Source of the DNA: Lytechinus pictus
Lineage: Eukaryota
DNA: 64,000 bases
Direction of reading: 5' to 3'
Assembly: GCF_037042905.1 (NCBI RefSeq)
Contig: NC_087251.1
Coordinates: 24,120,001-24,184,000 of the forward strand
Part shown: positions 11,269 to 24,251 of the stretch, piece by piece
Layout: each line of letters begins with the position of its first letter
Numbering within the stretch: the first letter of the stretch is position 1
Notes under the pieces: generated by a model
What the model saw: only the letters and a program-made list of their open reading frames with translations
The model's database searches: none
What the model was told of the DNA's origin: nothing
Program-made: the position numbers and the translations under genes

Positions 11269-11712
11269 ACCGAGTGCTATAATGTTTAATATATTTGGAT
11301 GTATGTTTATTTTCTTGTGTTTAAGTATAAACATACATGTTTTAGATTGTGTCAAGCAAACGTACCCTTACATTGTAAAAGGAATAGATACATTGTAAAA
11401 GGAGTAGATTTCCTTATTATTCACAGTGATTAATTCACTGTCATGTCCATAGACATATAAATGCTCATTTTCCATATTCAATCTTAACTTATTTAATGCA
11501 CACTTGTAATAAGGAACTCAAAACACAACTTATTTATTATACATAGCTTAAACAATACATTCTTAAATATCTACTAGTACCGTACACAACTATACATAAT
11601 AATAGCAAAATTTTTATATACTTAATACAGATCATTCTACTACTTAGCAGACAAAAATGTACCGGTATTTTTTTTTTTTCTTTTAAAAGTGGAGGGGTTC
11701 TTTGAAAAGACC

Positions 11713-11732
11713 ATCCCACCGCCGTGCCACCA
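11713..11732 (-). other. Primer-binding site, tRNA-Leu-like
   Basis: Minus strand tggtggcacggcggtgggat, 4 nt inside the 5' LTR; complementary to the tRNA-Leu 3' end as I recall it (atcccaccgctgccacca) apart from 2 extra nt. Confidence 0.75.
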
Positions 11733-11736
11733 AAAA

Positions 11737-14700
11737 TGTAACGTGAGACCCTATCAAAATAACCTTTTAAAAATAGTATGCTGCCACCACAATAGTTTAG
11801 AGAGTTATTGAGCTCTTGGCCAAGCATAATTTAACACTTGACCGTAATGAAGAAACTTTTCTTCGATGAGAACTTTAAAGAGCTAGTGAACCACCAATCA
11901 GAATAGCTATCTCATGATCCATAATATCTGAGTTCTACTACGAGCTCCGCGATTGGTCCATCTTCTTGCATCGACCGCCAACTTTTAGCCTCTCCATTCT
12001 GCCAGAACCACAGAGGTTGAAGGAGCTCCGATGATCTGAAGAAAACCGTCTTTTCTCCCATCACAAGACTTCTGTCATACTCCAGCGTCCTGACCTTCAC
12101 AGCAGAATTTAACTGGTGAGTTTACTCACTAAGTGATTTAGTAAGATTTAATTATATAACCATGATATTTCTCATCTTTCATCGATAGAGTTAGCCCTGA
12201 ACCAAATCTCTATTTACTCACATACAACACGTTTTGTTCGCCTCGTGTTCTACACACACACGATCAGGCATATCCACATCACACACGTGCAGTCGTATGG
12301 ACATAGGCAATCATAGAAGCGGTCAGTCCTTGCTTCGCAATCAATCATTCTAGTCTTTTCCTCAGTTCTCAAATCTGCTCTTTATCACTGGGTTTCACTA
12401 GGTAAGCGTAGTTTTCCAAGCTCGATGACGAGTTCCGTTTTCTTGCAATATACAAGGTTGGTCTATAAATAAACTAAGAACCCTAACTTAAATAATGCTT
12501 AAACTAATTGTACGGTACTTCTTATCCCTAATCACATCATCAATCAATCATCACTAATCAATTGATCACCATTTCTAATTCTAAGACTTAACAACAAATC
12601 CAATTTATTGGATTCATCATTCTCAACAAACACTGATCACTAATCATGTTCCTTCTGTTCAAGTGTGCAAGTCCAATTACTGATTTCCTAAGAAATAACA
12701 AGTAAAGTTCAACTGAACTTTAATATAAGAAAACTTGAAGTTAACAATTCTGAAACATTTCAACGATAAAATTTTGATATTTACATCACTTTGCATAAGT
12801 ATGAAAATTCATTGAATATATGGAATGAGCAATATAAAATTGTATAACTTACTCTACATAGTAAAGAACCTAAATGTAAGTCTGTGCATGTCACTCTTAA
12901 ATTGATAGAATGATAAATAGAATAATAATTAATTACTAACTTAATAAATCCTATGTATTCACTGTTTTGAATACACTAAGCAATAATCTGTATCAATTGT
13001 AAATATCGAGCTGTAGCTAAACTACATCCTACTTAGTTCTGTACTTTATACTCCGTAGAGTTGTGTTCTCTCTAAGAATTATTTCAACTTAAGACTGTAA
13101 TCTACTCTCCACAAAAGTTCCAGGACCAATGGTTCTTTTCTGTCGTTCTGACTTATGTGAGTAATCCTATCTAAACTGCCAGCAGTTACTCAACACCTTT
13201 CTCCATCCAATGTCACTAACCCAATACAACACACCAATCTCCAATAATATCCTTATCCTATCAACCTCTCAACGGGCCTTGTTTACCAGCCTTACAGCGC
13301 CTACAAAACTTCCACTCACTTTGTCGGTGTGAAGTTTGTAACAACATCCAACATTCTGTGTGATGAAAAGCCTCAGAAATCCGTAAATATCTCTAATCAT
13401 CACGGGTTCAAGAATAGACTCACATAGTACCTTTCTTAGCATTAAAGCCTACCAGAAACTTTAACCTCGTCCCTGCTGTCTGAGAATACAGCTAAATGAA
13501 AACAAGTCTGAAAGACCAACACCTAAGCAATTATTCCTATTTCACTGTAACTAAATTTACCATCTATTAATACAGTGTCAATATTCTAAATGAAGAATTA
13601 AGCTTCATCTATAAACTGAGTTTACTTCAGTCTATGACTATAAACATCAAGTATTCTTAATAAAACATGTGAATGACTGCACAGAGAGTTTAAATTATTT
13701 ACAAGTTGTTTACAAATGCTTTCTGATTGATAATCAGCTATTTACATTTCATTGATTATTTACATAGATTACCTTGTAATCAATATTCTAGTTACATTGT
13801 ATTTGTCAGATTATCAGAATTAATATTCAGTATTCTGATCTGAATAACATTAAGTATTCTGATATGTATAACATTAAGTATTCTGATCTGTATAACATGA
13901 AGTATTCTGATCTTATAACATGAAGTATTCTGATCTTAACAACTACGGGAATAGCATGCTTGACACCTAAGTAACACGTGATCTTAACATCCGAACACTC
14001 ATGATGACTAGCTTTGTTTAGTGTGATCCTATTTGTATATGATGTAAGAAATGTAAATAAATAATCAAAGTCATTAATCCTGAAATTAGAATTGAGTTAA
14101 CAACTCTATCAATAAATATCCTTTAAACGACCAATGTGGAAAAATCCCAAAGTCAGATCAATATTCAAAGCGATACCAAAACAACACACATTCCAGAACA
14201 ACTTGACAGTTTTATGTCAAATGTTACTGACCAAAAGATAATCTCTGTTTAAAGATTGAAAATCTGACACTAGCCTTTTCCACGTTGGTAGAATAATTCT
14301 ATCAATGCAGTAATTTAATTTCTCTGACTAGATAATTTGATTAAATATTCAGACTGTCAAGAGTCCTAAAAAGGACTGCCTAAATATTGTCATCAAGTCA
14401 GAAATAAATTCATAATAATATAAAATGCATAAATTATCCAATTTCATAAATAAGGTAATTAAATATCCATTCAGGAGATTCCTTGAAAGATAAATTAACA
14501 GTCAGCATTCATGTTCACTATTGTGACTATCAATTAATTTCTATCTGCTCCAAACAATTGTTTTCATGTCAAAAAGAGCACTAGTAAGCACCAATAAATG
14601 CATTCATATCTTCTCTAGATATCTATCAAACAATTAGTAGACTTGACAAATCAATCAAAGTCTGCTAAAGAATAACAAAAGCTGCCCAATTTCTGTGAAC

Positions 14701-15725
14701 AACTGATAAATCCAAGCTGACTATAAAGAAATTCAACAGAGTATTGGTTGCCAAAAAAATCATCACTAATCCCAAAAAGGTGACGAATGATTTCAAATTC
14801 CTAGCTAAAATTCATCATTATTCTCACTGAATTCCCTGAATGAATCTAAGTGTCATATTATGACGTAATGTACTCACAGAAGAATGTACAATGTAGAAAG
14901 AGAAACAGAGAACGAGAATTCTCGAGAGAGTGAATGTGAATTGTGACTAGGAGAGCTAACTTAACTCGAGAGAGCTTCCAGACGATATGACAAACTCCTC
15001 AAACCTCCCCTATTTATAGACTTTTGGCCCCCCAGGATTTTGGCAATTTCTGAGCTCATTGCATTACGCGGCGGGTTGTTATGTAATTTTAGTGCTTTAA
15101 AAACCACTCTTTCCACATAAACATTACGCAGCAGGATGCTATGCAAATTCAATACTTTAAAATACCAATGATAGCGCGTCTGTGCGCGTATGCGCGCATC
15201 AGAGCTTTAGATCCAAGGAAGAGTTCAAAATCCTGGCGGTAATTGTCTCAGAATAAAGGAAAATAACAGTATCCAAACATGAATGAAGAAATTCCAGCAA
15301 TAAATTAATGCTGTCATCAACATCCAGAGAATCTACACAAAAGGTAAGATTCTAATTTTGACTTAGAGCTATTTAAACGCTCATAAAATTTCATAACAGA
15401 CCATACCGGTCCCATAAATAGATCATACTGCTGGCTCTACGTGAATATGGCGTGACTCAGCAGAAATATACCAATTCCTCTGCGCTAACACGTATGCGCG
15501 CACACTAGCAATTAATCCAAGTAAATTCACCAGTCTCTCTCCGGAATTCAGGTCACAGTTCACGTAGTAAAAACAGCTGATCGCCGGCATTCAATGACTA
15601 TACTGGAGTTCAGTTACGTGATGTAAACAAACAAAGCTCAATATTAAAAAATGGAATATGGGGAAATCTAAATCTTTATTTTGAAGATTAGATCTTTCTT
15701 TTAACGAAAAGGGGTTTTCTTCACA
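11737..15725 (-). repeat. 5' LTR (3,989 bp)
   Basis: Near-identical to 1505-5493; followed on the minus strand by the PBS. Confidence 0.97.
15011..15018 (-). promoter_or_regulatory. Candidate LTR TATA box (copy at 4779-4786)
   Basis: ctataaatagggg on the minus strand ~710 bp into the LTR, followed ~135 nt later by a consensus donor gtgagt (14877). Confidence 0.55.
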
Positions 15726-18489
15726 CTATGTTCAGGCGTGAAAATGGGACATTTTACATGTGTTAAGCACCTTTTGTAATCCTGAACAGGGTGCGCGTGT
15801 TAATGAATATTTTTAACTATTAATGCGCGCGCGAACGCGAGTCGAAATTTGTTATAAACTAATATGAAAAGGAGATTTTAAGTAGTTTTTAGAATGAATA
15901 TAAAAGTATACATAAAATGCAAGCACGCAGAGCTATGAGTTTTGACAATAAGACCTGAAAAGGAATTGTTCCAATGGTTGACAGAACCTTGCTGCTACAC
16001 CAAATAAATTGGCCTAGTCGTGTTAGTAAAATTTTCAACCCACTACAAGAGAGAAGTTCATATAAGTATAAACGGACAAAGTGGATAATAATCACCTTCA
16101 CATTTTTTACAGACGTTACCAAAATAGTTGAGTCAGAAATAGCCGGTTTCCGATGTATCATTACATTTTAACCATTTAAAAATATATATCCTAAAGTATC
16201 TAGCGAATTCATTTATACGTTTTCATTGTAGATGACCATTAAGAATTTGCTATTATGACGGCCATCTTTGAATTTTTATGGAAAAATAACTTTTTAACAA
16301 AATACCATGTATATTGTCAATATACATCACTCGATATTGCTCTAAAATGATACCAGTGTGCCTGTGACAAGAGATTTCTCTTGTCACAGGCACACTACCG
16401 AATTGCTTCTTGGACTTTACTTGTTGGAATATCAATGCCTTGCTCTACCGTGTATACTGAAATTACTTAATTGCAATTCTCAATCTAGGGAAAACTGAAC
16501 AATTGCAGGACTCTTTGCTCTGATTGTAAGCTCAGACACAATTATGAAGTATAGTAGTAGTATTCATTTCCGTATTAAAAGCACAATTATATACAATAAA
16601 ATACGGTGGATAGCCCACATTCAGCGTGACTGGCACAATCACGCTGGTTTTCCGTGGGGTCCAAAACATTTAACATTAACATATAAGTTAGATACAATAA
16701 AAGCAGATTAAAATAACAGATGTACAGAAGATAAATGAAAATAGTGACGATATAATGTTTCGCTATGAACTTTTGAATTTTGGGTGCATTGTACTGTTAA
16801 TATTTATAAAACGTGGATTTAATTGAATTGGTTTTCACAATGATCTAGGACTTTGTTTACAACCACTTTCTGTTCTTCAGATTTTGAGTGTTGTCAATCA
16901 TGAGCATACGGCCACAACAAGAATTATTTGTTTGTGTGCTTTTTTCAAAAACAGTAATGTTAAAACTACACCGCCGGTTTTAAAGAGGATGATCATAACA
17001 TGGAGTAGCTCCATGATCATACCAAGCATTGTACACTACAGCGTGTCCCACAAAACATGTTAATGGCACTTTAAATGAGTATAATGTGAAATTACTCAAT
17101 CCTATTGTATATAATTTATGTAATCATAAATTAGCATTTTTTCATACAACTGGCTTGAATTTCATGCAATATTATTCATTAAACAAAGAGAGATGGGCCT
17201 TCTTTCAGATTTCATGAGAAAACCTCTCAGTCCAAGTTTCGTTATTGCATTGAATAAAGTACGCACCCAATCACGTCTTCATTCACTATTAATCTATTTC
17301 CTTTTTTTAGATTTTCGGCCCACAACTTGCGGGCCGATACTTAAATTTAAAAGGAAAATGAAGGTTTAAAAAGATTGGCATGACATCTTTAATCAAACGT
17401 GATTAATCAAACATGAAATTTACTTTAAACCAATGGGATGCACGGTTAGTGACTTGCGGTTGATTTTTAGTTGTTTTTAAAGGCAACACTTTCTGCAACA
17501 GGCCCCTGGACTAGCATTATGCAATCGAGAACATTCTGTTTAAATATTCGATCCGAATAAAGAAATATCTATTAAGTCACTGGTTATTGAGCCCAGAATC
17601 TTTCATTGAGCTGATGGTGCCTATTGTGCTGATTGTGCCCTCAGAGTAACTAAATAGGATTAGAGAACAAGAGAAACAAAAATACACGGGGGTTGGGCAG
17701 GGCCCTGTGAACGATATTTTAACTGGGGGTGCTGATGTAAATTTGACAAGCAAAAAAAAAAATCACTAAAAAAATGAAGGTCACTTTGGTCCTGAGAAAG
17801 GGGGGCACTTTTGTTTAACATTTATTAATTTATATTAGAATCCCAGGGGGTGCTGCAAATGAAGAATAATACACGCAGCACCCCCAGTAAAATATTGGGG
17901 GTTCAGCACCCCGCTTCCCAGGACCATGCCCCCCCCCTTCGCTGACTAAGGTCATGTGTAGTGCCCGAAAGGATTACATGGGGCTGAAAATATCCCGTTT
18001 TCAAAATAATCTGTTTCAAAGATATTTTGTACTATATTATATTTTTTTTCTATTTTAGTTTAGCGAGATAGGCACCCTACTCAGGATTACAAAAGATGCC
18101 GAATAAATTTTCAACCTGAGCTTCACTCTGGCATTTTTTCTTTCACAAATGAGATAAACAGCTTGCTATCTGTTAAAAGACATGCTATTGTCTGGTTAGA
18201 AAATGCAAAGTTTTTTGCTTGCCCCTCGCGCTCGCATTGTTTAGGTAAATACGCATCAAATTAATTATTAAACAAATGTGATAGCTTATCCAATTTTTAG
18301 CTCTCAGTCTCTCCCAATTTTAGCTCGCGCTTCACGCTGTCATTTTTGTTTAGTGAGATATATATTCTTTTCTGCCATGAAAGACATGTTTAAAATGCTC
18401 CGTTTTTAATTCGAGATTTTCAACTCACGGTTCGGGCTCGCATCAATCGTTTAATTAGATACTGATAATGTTCATGATTTTGTGGTGAT

Positions 18490-18831
18490 TTTTTAACCTC
18501 ATTTAAGCATGAATGCTTGTAAGCAAGCAACCAGAGGACCAACGGCTTAAGGTCCTCTCCGAGTGTTCTTTAATGTGGATTTAAATGCCTTACCAAAGGG
18601 CACAAGCGTACCAAGTGGGAATCGAAGCCAGGGGGGCGTTTCATGAAAGGACTTGTCGGGCGTTTTATCCGACAAGTCCCATTTTATCCGACAGTTACCA
18701 TAGGAACAGTGCCTCTCAGCCAATCAAAATCATGGAAAGATGTCAGATCTGACAACTTGTCTGATGAAAATATTGATGAAACGCAACCCAGGTCACCGGA
18801 ATCCCCTCTCTACCGATTGAGCTATCGCGCC
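18490..18831 (-). mobile_element. tRNA-derived SINE interrupted by a MITE
   Basis: Minus-strand head ggcgcgatagctcaatcggtagag (A box) ... cttcgattccc (B-box-like), split by the insertion at 18632-18788. Confidence 0.65.
18632..18788. mobile_element. Harbinger-like MITE (related copy at ~41564-41800)
   Basis: Termini gggggcgtttcatgaa / ttgatgaaacgcaacc; 3-bp TSD cag. Confidence 0.7.
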
Positions 18832-19861
18832 TTAGAATGTTTCCTTTCTGATTAAAAAAAAAAAGCAGCTCGCGCTTGTACTGTTTTTTAAAATAGAAAC
18901 ATAGTGTTCTTTATTTCAAAACGTCATTAAATTGGCCAGTTTACAGATTGGAATATAAGAAAAAAACAGATTGCGCTTATTGAAAAAATATGTATTAAAT
19001 GCCCCGTTTTCATGTCAGAATATTACAAATTTCTGAATGTTTTCAATATGATAAGTAGATACGAATTATGTTCATAATTACACCTACGTATTGTTTAATT
19101 TTCAGCTCTAAATTTCATGGCATATACAACAAAAATCTGCTTGCGCTTTGCGCTCTCATTATTTAATTAGGCCTTGTCAGACACCTAATCATGTTTGTGA
19201 GAATAAAACTAATATGTACTTGATAGTAAATACTTGATGAATAAATCTATTTTGGTACCCCCTGCAAAATATCAACCCCTCCCGTGCTCCTCTGCTGACA
19301 AAATCATAACTGCACTGCTGGTGAGCGTACTGAGTGACCGAGTCTTTTAACCAAAAGCCTTAATTTAGGGCAGAATTTGTGTTCAATAAGAAATCAATGT
19401 TTTAAATACAATATTACGCTCAATTTAGGTCATTTTAAATAAATGAATAAATAAATAAATTTGCAAACAAAAAATACACATTTCTATCTAGTTTGTAAAG
19501 TTATATGAGCAAGACCCTTATATTGGAGTTCAGATATAAGAAGCAATCAAGGAAAGGGCTAATAGAAAATTTTAGAAAATAAGCGAGTCGTCGACATTAA
19601 GTGAGATAAACAACAGAGGGCTGGAGAAGCAAAAATCGACAAGCGAGACAATCCGCTGACCCCCTCCCCAACTCTCTCCATTCTTTTCCTTCTGTTGTTC
19701 TATGCTTTTTCTTTAAACTTTTTGGGGCAAGTTTCCCCCCTCCCCCTCACTTCCATGCATCTTTATCAAAAGGCCTACGTCAGTGTCCATAGCCCAATTT
19801 TCTGATTTTAGAATCTAGAAGGCATTGTTTCATGCAACTACGGTCTCTTTTAATTGATCAG

Positions 19862-20084
19862 CACTGTAAAAAAATATTGGGTAAAATTTTAACCACGAGG
19901 ATAATTATGTGTCCAACCAATTTGGGGCAGTATTTTACCCAATACGGAAATATTGCAATTACTTTAGAATGGGCAAAATTTTCATCACACTGGATAAATA
20001 AAAATGCCCCAAAGAAATGCCCAATGTTGGTTGGACACATAATTACCCTCATGGGGCACTTTTACCCAATATTTTTTTAGAGTG
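19862..20084. mobile_element. EnSpm/CACTA-like palindromic MITE
   Basis: cactgtaaaaaaatattgggtaaaa / ttttacccaatatttttttagagtg; 2-bp TSD ag. Confidence 0.75.
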
Positions 20085-20884
20085 AGTTCATTAGACCAGA
20101 AATAATAAATAGATCGGTCTATAACCATTTGAATGAGCTAAAAGTCTTCATAATGTGGAGAAAGATGTTTGAAATACCCAAAGAGTAGGCTCTTAGAGTT
20201 CACATTTTAATTCTCCTTTTTCTTCAAATCTCATTTCATCACATGCATTGTCATGTTGCGAAATGCAGTCGTATGAACATCATGACAAACAAACAAGGCT
20301 GATAACTAGAATCCAGCGCAGATATTGTAATATAGATTGAATGTATAATTTTACCTTTGCACGTACAGTATACTATCAGACTATGATATATGAGCATGGA
20401 CCTATAAACAGCAAATGCGAAAATTGGAGGTAAACATAGATTTGTTATAATCAAGTCAAACATGTAAAATGAACTGAGTAAAAATCTTAACTTGCAATGC
20501 AATAGACCAAGAAACATTTATGATTATACTTATTCATATTTTCACGAAAAGATATTATTTCTTCAATAAACATAGCAGCATAACTCTACAAACGTAAACA
20601 TAACCCTCAAATCATGACGGGTATCGCACTGATCTATATACTGTATGTATAAATAGTATATAATCATGTGCAATATAGATGTATTATGCGCCGTTTGTTT
20701 TTATAAAACATGCGCTTCCGGTAAATGTACATTGTTTTCTTTCGGATCACATAAAACGATATATCTTACATCTTATTTCAATTTTTTTCGCTATATGTGA
20801 CACGACAACATTTGTTATGTGTTTATTCGATGAACGCGTTAAAAATGGACGAATTTGAGATGCGGAACACAAACATTCTATACT

Positions 20885-21805
20885 ATTGATAGTTTTCACA
20901 AATTTATATTTTGAGTAAATCACGATTTTGTGTTCCATATATATATGTTTGTGTAATATTCCAATTTGAAATGTATATTTATTAGACTTTTAATTTAAAA
21001 ATTCAAATAAAAAGGATCGCATATCAAAATAAAAAAAATGTAATAAAAAACTTTAACATATTTCGTCAAAATATCAAAAATACGTGATTTTCGACATTCT
21101 TTCAGATTTTACGCGAAAATTATGCTTTCACACAAAAGTGCACTTAGCATCCGCCCGTACGTTATTCCTCAGTTTTTCCGTAAGGCTTTAAGCTGGGATG
21201 CCAAGAAATGACACATTTTGCTATCCAAACTTCCAAAGTATAAAAACTCTTAGTATGTACTTTATACATGTAATTATGTACATAATGTAGGTATGTTTAA
21301 TTTTTAATTCAAAATGCGCATCTGGTAAAATATACATCAACCCTTTTCGGATAACATAAAATGAGATATATTCCATCTTAATTGAAAATTCTTGTAATAT
21401 TTGTAACATTATAGGACATTTACTATACATTCAATGGGTAAATCGAAGAATTTAAGTTGTGTAAAAAATGTCAAACTATTGATAGTTTTCACAAACTTTT
21501 ATTTTGAGGAAATCGCGGTTTATGTTTCACTGCGCCATATACGTGTGTGTAATATTCAAATTTGAAATGTATATTTATCAGACTTATAATTTGACAATTC
21601 AAATAAAAAGGATCGCATATCAAAGGTAATCAAAAATCTTAACCTATTCCGTCAAAATATAAAAATGCGTGATTTTCGAAATTCTTTCAGATTTCACGCT
21701 AAAATGACACTTTCACGCAAAAGTGCGCTTGGCATCCGGCCGTACGCTATTCCTTGGTATTTTAGCAAGACTTTTAGCTGGGATGCCAAGCATTAACACA
21801 TTTTG
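20885..21805. repeat. Dispersed repeat with a ~590-bp-period internal duplication; inverted homologue of 1-300
   Basis: 20885-21220 recurs at 21475-21805; 21240-21510 resembles the reverse complement of 15-290. Confidence 0.7.
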
Positions 21806-22052
21806 CCGTCGAATCCTTACCAAGAGCCCTTTTTGACGTTTGGCCGGTCTACTAATATCTAGCAGCGAGAGGTGGAAGACGCGCATTGCAATTGTCTCCC
21901 CAGCCCCCCCCCCCCACCCCGTTGGTCTTGCAAGGAAGGGCCCACCCCCATGTCCCCATCTATAGCAAGTGATATTCATTGTTTTTTCAAGTAACTCAAT
22001 GTGAGCCTCGGAAAAGAAGAAATTGAAATGGACGCGTTCTAAATACCACCTT

Positions 22053-22248
22053 CACTCTTAAAATGTTGGGCAACATACTGTCCATACAATAATTGGTTAA
22101 AAAAATTATCCAACTCTGGGTAGTTTTCAACCAATACTGTGTTGTTTTCACCCAAAGCACATATTAATGGTTTAAAACTTCCCAAAATTGGATAAAGTTT
22201 TAACCAATTGATGTGTGGACAGTATGTTGCCAAATATTTTTAAGAGTG
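22053..22248. mobile_element. EnSpm/CACTA-like palindromic MITE
   Basis: cactcttaaaatgttgggcaacatactgtcca / tggacagtatgttgccaaatatttttaagagtg; 2-bp TSD tt. Confidence 0.75.
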
Positions 22249-23810
22249 TTTATTATTTGTTATAATAATTACATTTGAAATAAAAGAAAGCATATTTTGT
22301 CCTTGTTCGCTTGCTCGTAGACACAAAATGGTTTCAGGCAGAGAGCAAGGTACCCAAATAGAGTCACGATCATAAGGTAGATAAATTATGATCAAAAGTA
22401 AAACATTAATATCTTATGAAATATGGCTATACTGGTAATGAATTTTATCACAAAATAACACTTCTTCCGTGAAAATAATTTCAGTGCGTTGTAATTTTTC
22501 GTGTATTATAATATAACGAAGATCCAATGCTTTTGGCAGACGAGGTGTACAAAATTATTACAAGGCGATACATGGCCACGGGATTTTAACCACTACCAAA
22601 ATAAATGTTAATTAATCACTCAAATATTCAGACAAAATAAACACGGCATGCGATGTTTATCAGAAATAATTTTTTATTTTTTAGCACGAAAAAGACGCTT
22701 ATTCAAATCAAGCTCACGCAAAGATGGTTGAGCAAATGCGATGATTGACAATGGTACATTTTGATTTCTAACACGAAATTGGTCATTATTTTCATTGCTC
22801 GTTACGCTCATCGTACACTTACATTTAAGAAGAAGGACGCAGGTCACGGGATGGACTGATTTTTGTTCAATTGTCAAAATAAACAAAACTATTCTCAAAA
22901 CATATAGTAATAATAATAATATTAACGTAGGGTATTTCCATTGTATTACTTTTTAAGCATTAAGCCTTTGAATCAAACTCATTTGAGACTTGATGGAATA
23001 AGGCACTGTTTTTTTTTATTACCAACATTGTAGATGAATTCATTTTCGAAAGTCGGATTTTTTAAATTTATTTATTTGTTATTTCTTGCTCTCCTGAAAA
23101 CGTTATGATACATTTGGAAACATGAAAACTTATTAGAAAATGTTTGTATCAACTTGATAAAAAGTTAAACATGATGAATATAATGATACTATAATATTTT
23201 TAAATGTGTTTGAAAAAACATTTAGAAAACAATCTCAATGCGTTTTCAAATTTTGCAATAACTGACATAATGCGATGATTGGGAATTGTATACTCATTAC
23301 AAAAGCTCACTATAAATGTGAAATTAAAGCAATGTGAAATTAAAGACACAAAAGACAAAAGTAAGATAAGACTACCAAGTATAAATTCTTGACCACAAAT
23401 GACTCTTTTCTCGATCACAATCCACTATCCATGGATGCATTTTGAAATTAATACTCATCGCCTTCATGATATTCAACTGCGTTGGCCCAAGTGCTTTCAA
23501 AAGTGGGGGCTGAAGATATAGGTCTATTAATAGTTGCTTGATTGTCGTCATAATTAGTTCAAAATAGTGAAAACCGTTACATTGATCGTCATCCTAGATC
23601 CATTCATCCAGTCATTAATGTTAAGCTCATTCAAAGGCTATTCATGATCTTCCAGCATCTCAAGATCGAGAGAACGGCTTAGCAGCCCAGCAGACCAACA
23701 CTAGACTTACGTTCTTCACGTCATTTTCTGGTCAAGTTTTGGGAGTAATTCATCCTTAACATGCTAAAGGGCGTCAAGGTGTATCGTTATGAAGCTGTCA
23801 ACTGGTTACG

Positions 23811-24251
23811 TTAACTGCTCTTCGTTTTGATGCTGATATTCCCAACATCTAGTCCTCTTTGATTCAACAAAATATAAATCAAAGCAGATCCAAATACAGT
23901 GGCGGGTATAGTATGAGATGTGGGTTCTCCTACCATCAAGAGTGTGTAGATGGCTCCAATCATGATGCCAAGAAGAGGCACGGCAGCGAACATCCTGTAA
24001 CCAGGTCTCCCGAATGCAAGTAGAGCTCCCAAAATCAATTCTGCAGCGCCAACCAGTGATATATACATAGTGGCAGTCTTGATGCCTAAGAAGTCCCGCA
24101 GTGGCAAAACTTTTATGAATTGTTCGAATCCATCATACATTTCAGGAAGTCCATGTCCTACCTGATCCTTGTCGAGGGGTAGGACTTTGACGAGTCCTGC
24201 GAGCATGAATAGCACTCCGAAGACGAAGGCGAGATAGTGACTGGTAGCCAT
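23811..24251 (-). CDS. TMEM35: TMEM35/NACHO-like (DoxX-like) 4-TM ER membrane protein, paralog 2, 146 aa
   Basis: GVLFMLAGLVKVLP, VGAAELILG, VGEP...VFG match the family pattern; C-terminal KTKSS (KxKxx ER retrieval). Confidence 0.8.
   Translation of the reverse strand: MATSHYLAFVFGVLFMLAGLVKVLPLDKDQVGHGLPEMYDGFEQFIKVLPLRDFLGIKTATMYISLVGAAELILGALLAFGRPGYRMFAAVPLLGIMIGAIYTLLMVGEPTSHTIPATVFGSALIYILLNQRGLDVGNISIKTKSS

Larger units (their letters stand above)
1505..15725 (-). mobile_element. Full-length Ty3/Gypsy LTR retrotransposon, 14,221 bp
   Basis: Two direct LTRs offset by 10,232 bp with TG...CA ends; PBS and PPT adjacent to the LTRs; domain order gag-PR-RT-RH-IN; flanks atat / ctat (4-bp TSD with 1 mismatch). 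Confidence 0.97.

Noticed and set aside
1505..15725. 4-kb direct repeat as a segmental duplication or assembly artefact
   Set aside because: The repeat boundaries coincide with TG..CA, the PBS and the PPT, and the two copies differ by at least one base.
18600..18831. Functional tRNA gene
   Set aside because: Degenerate, interrupted by a MITE and continuous with a SINE body.
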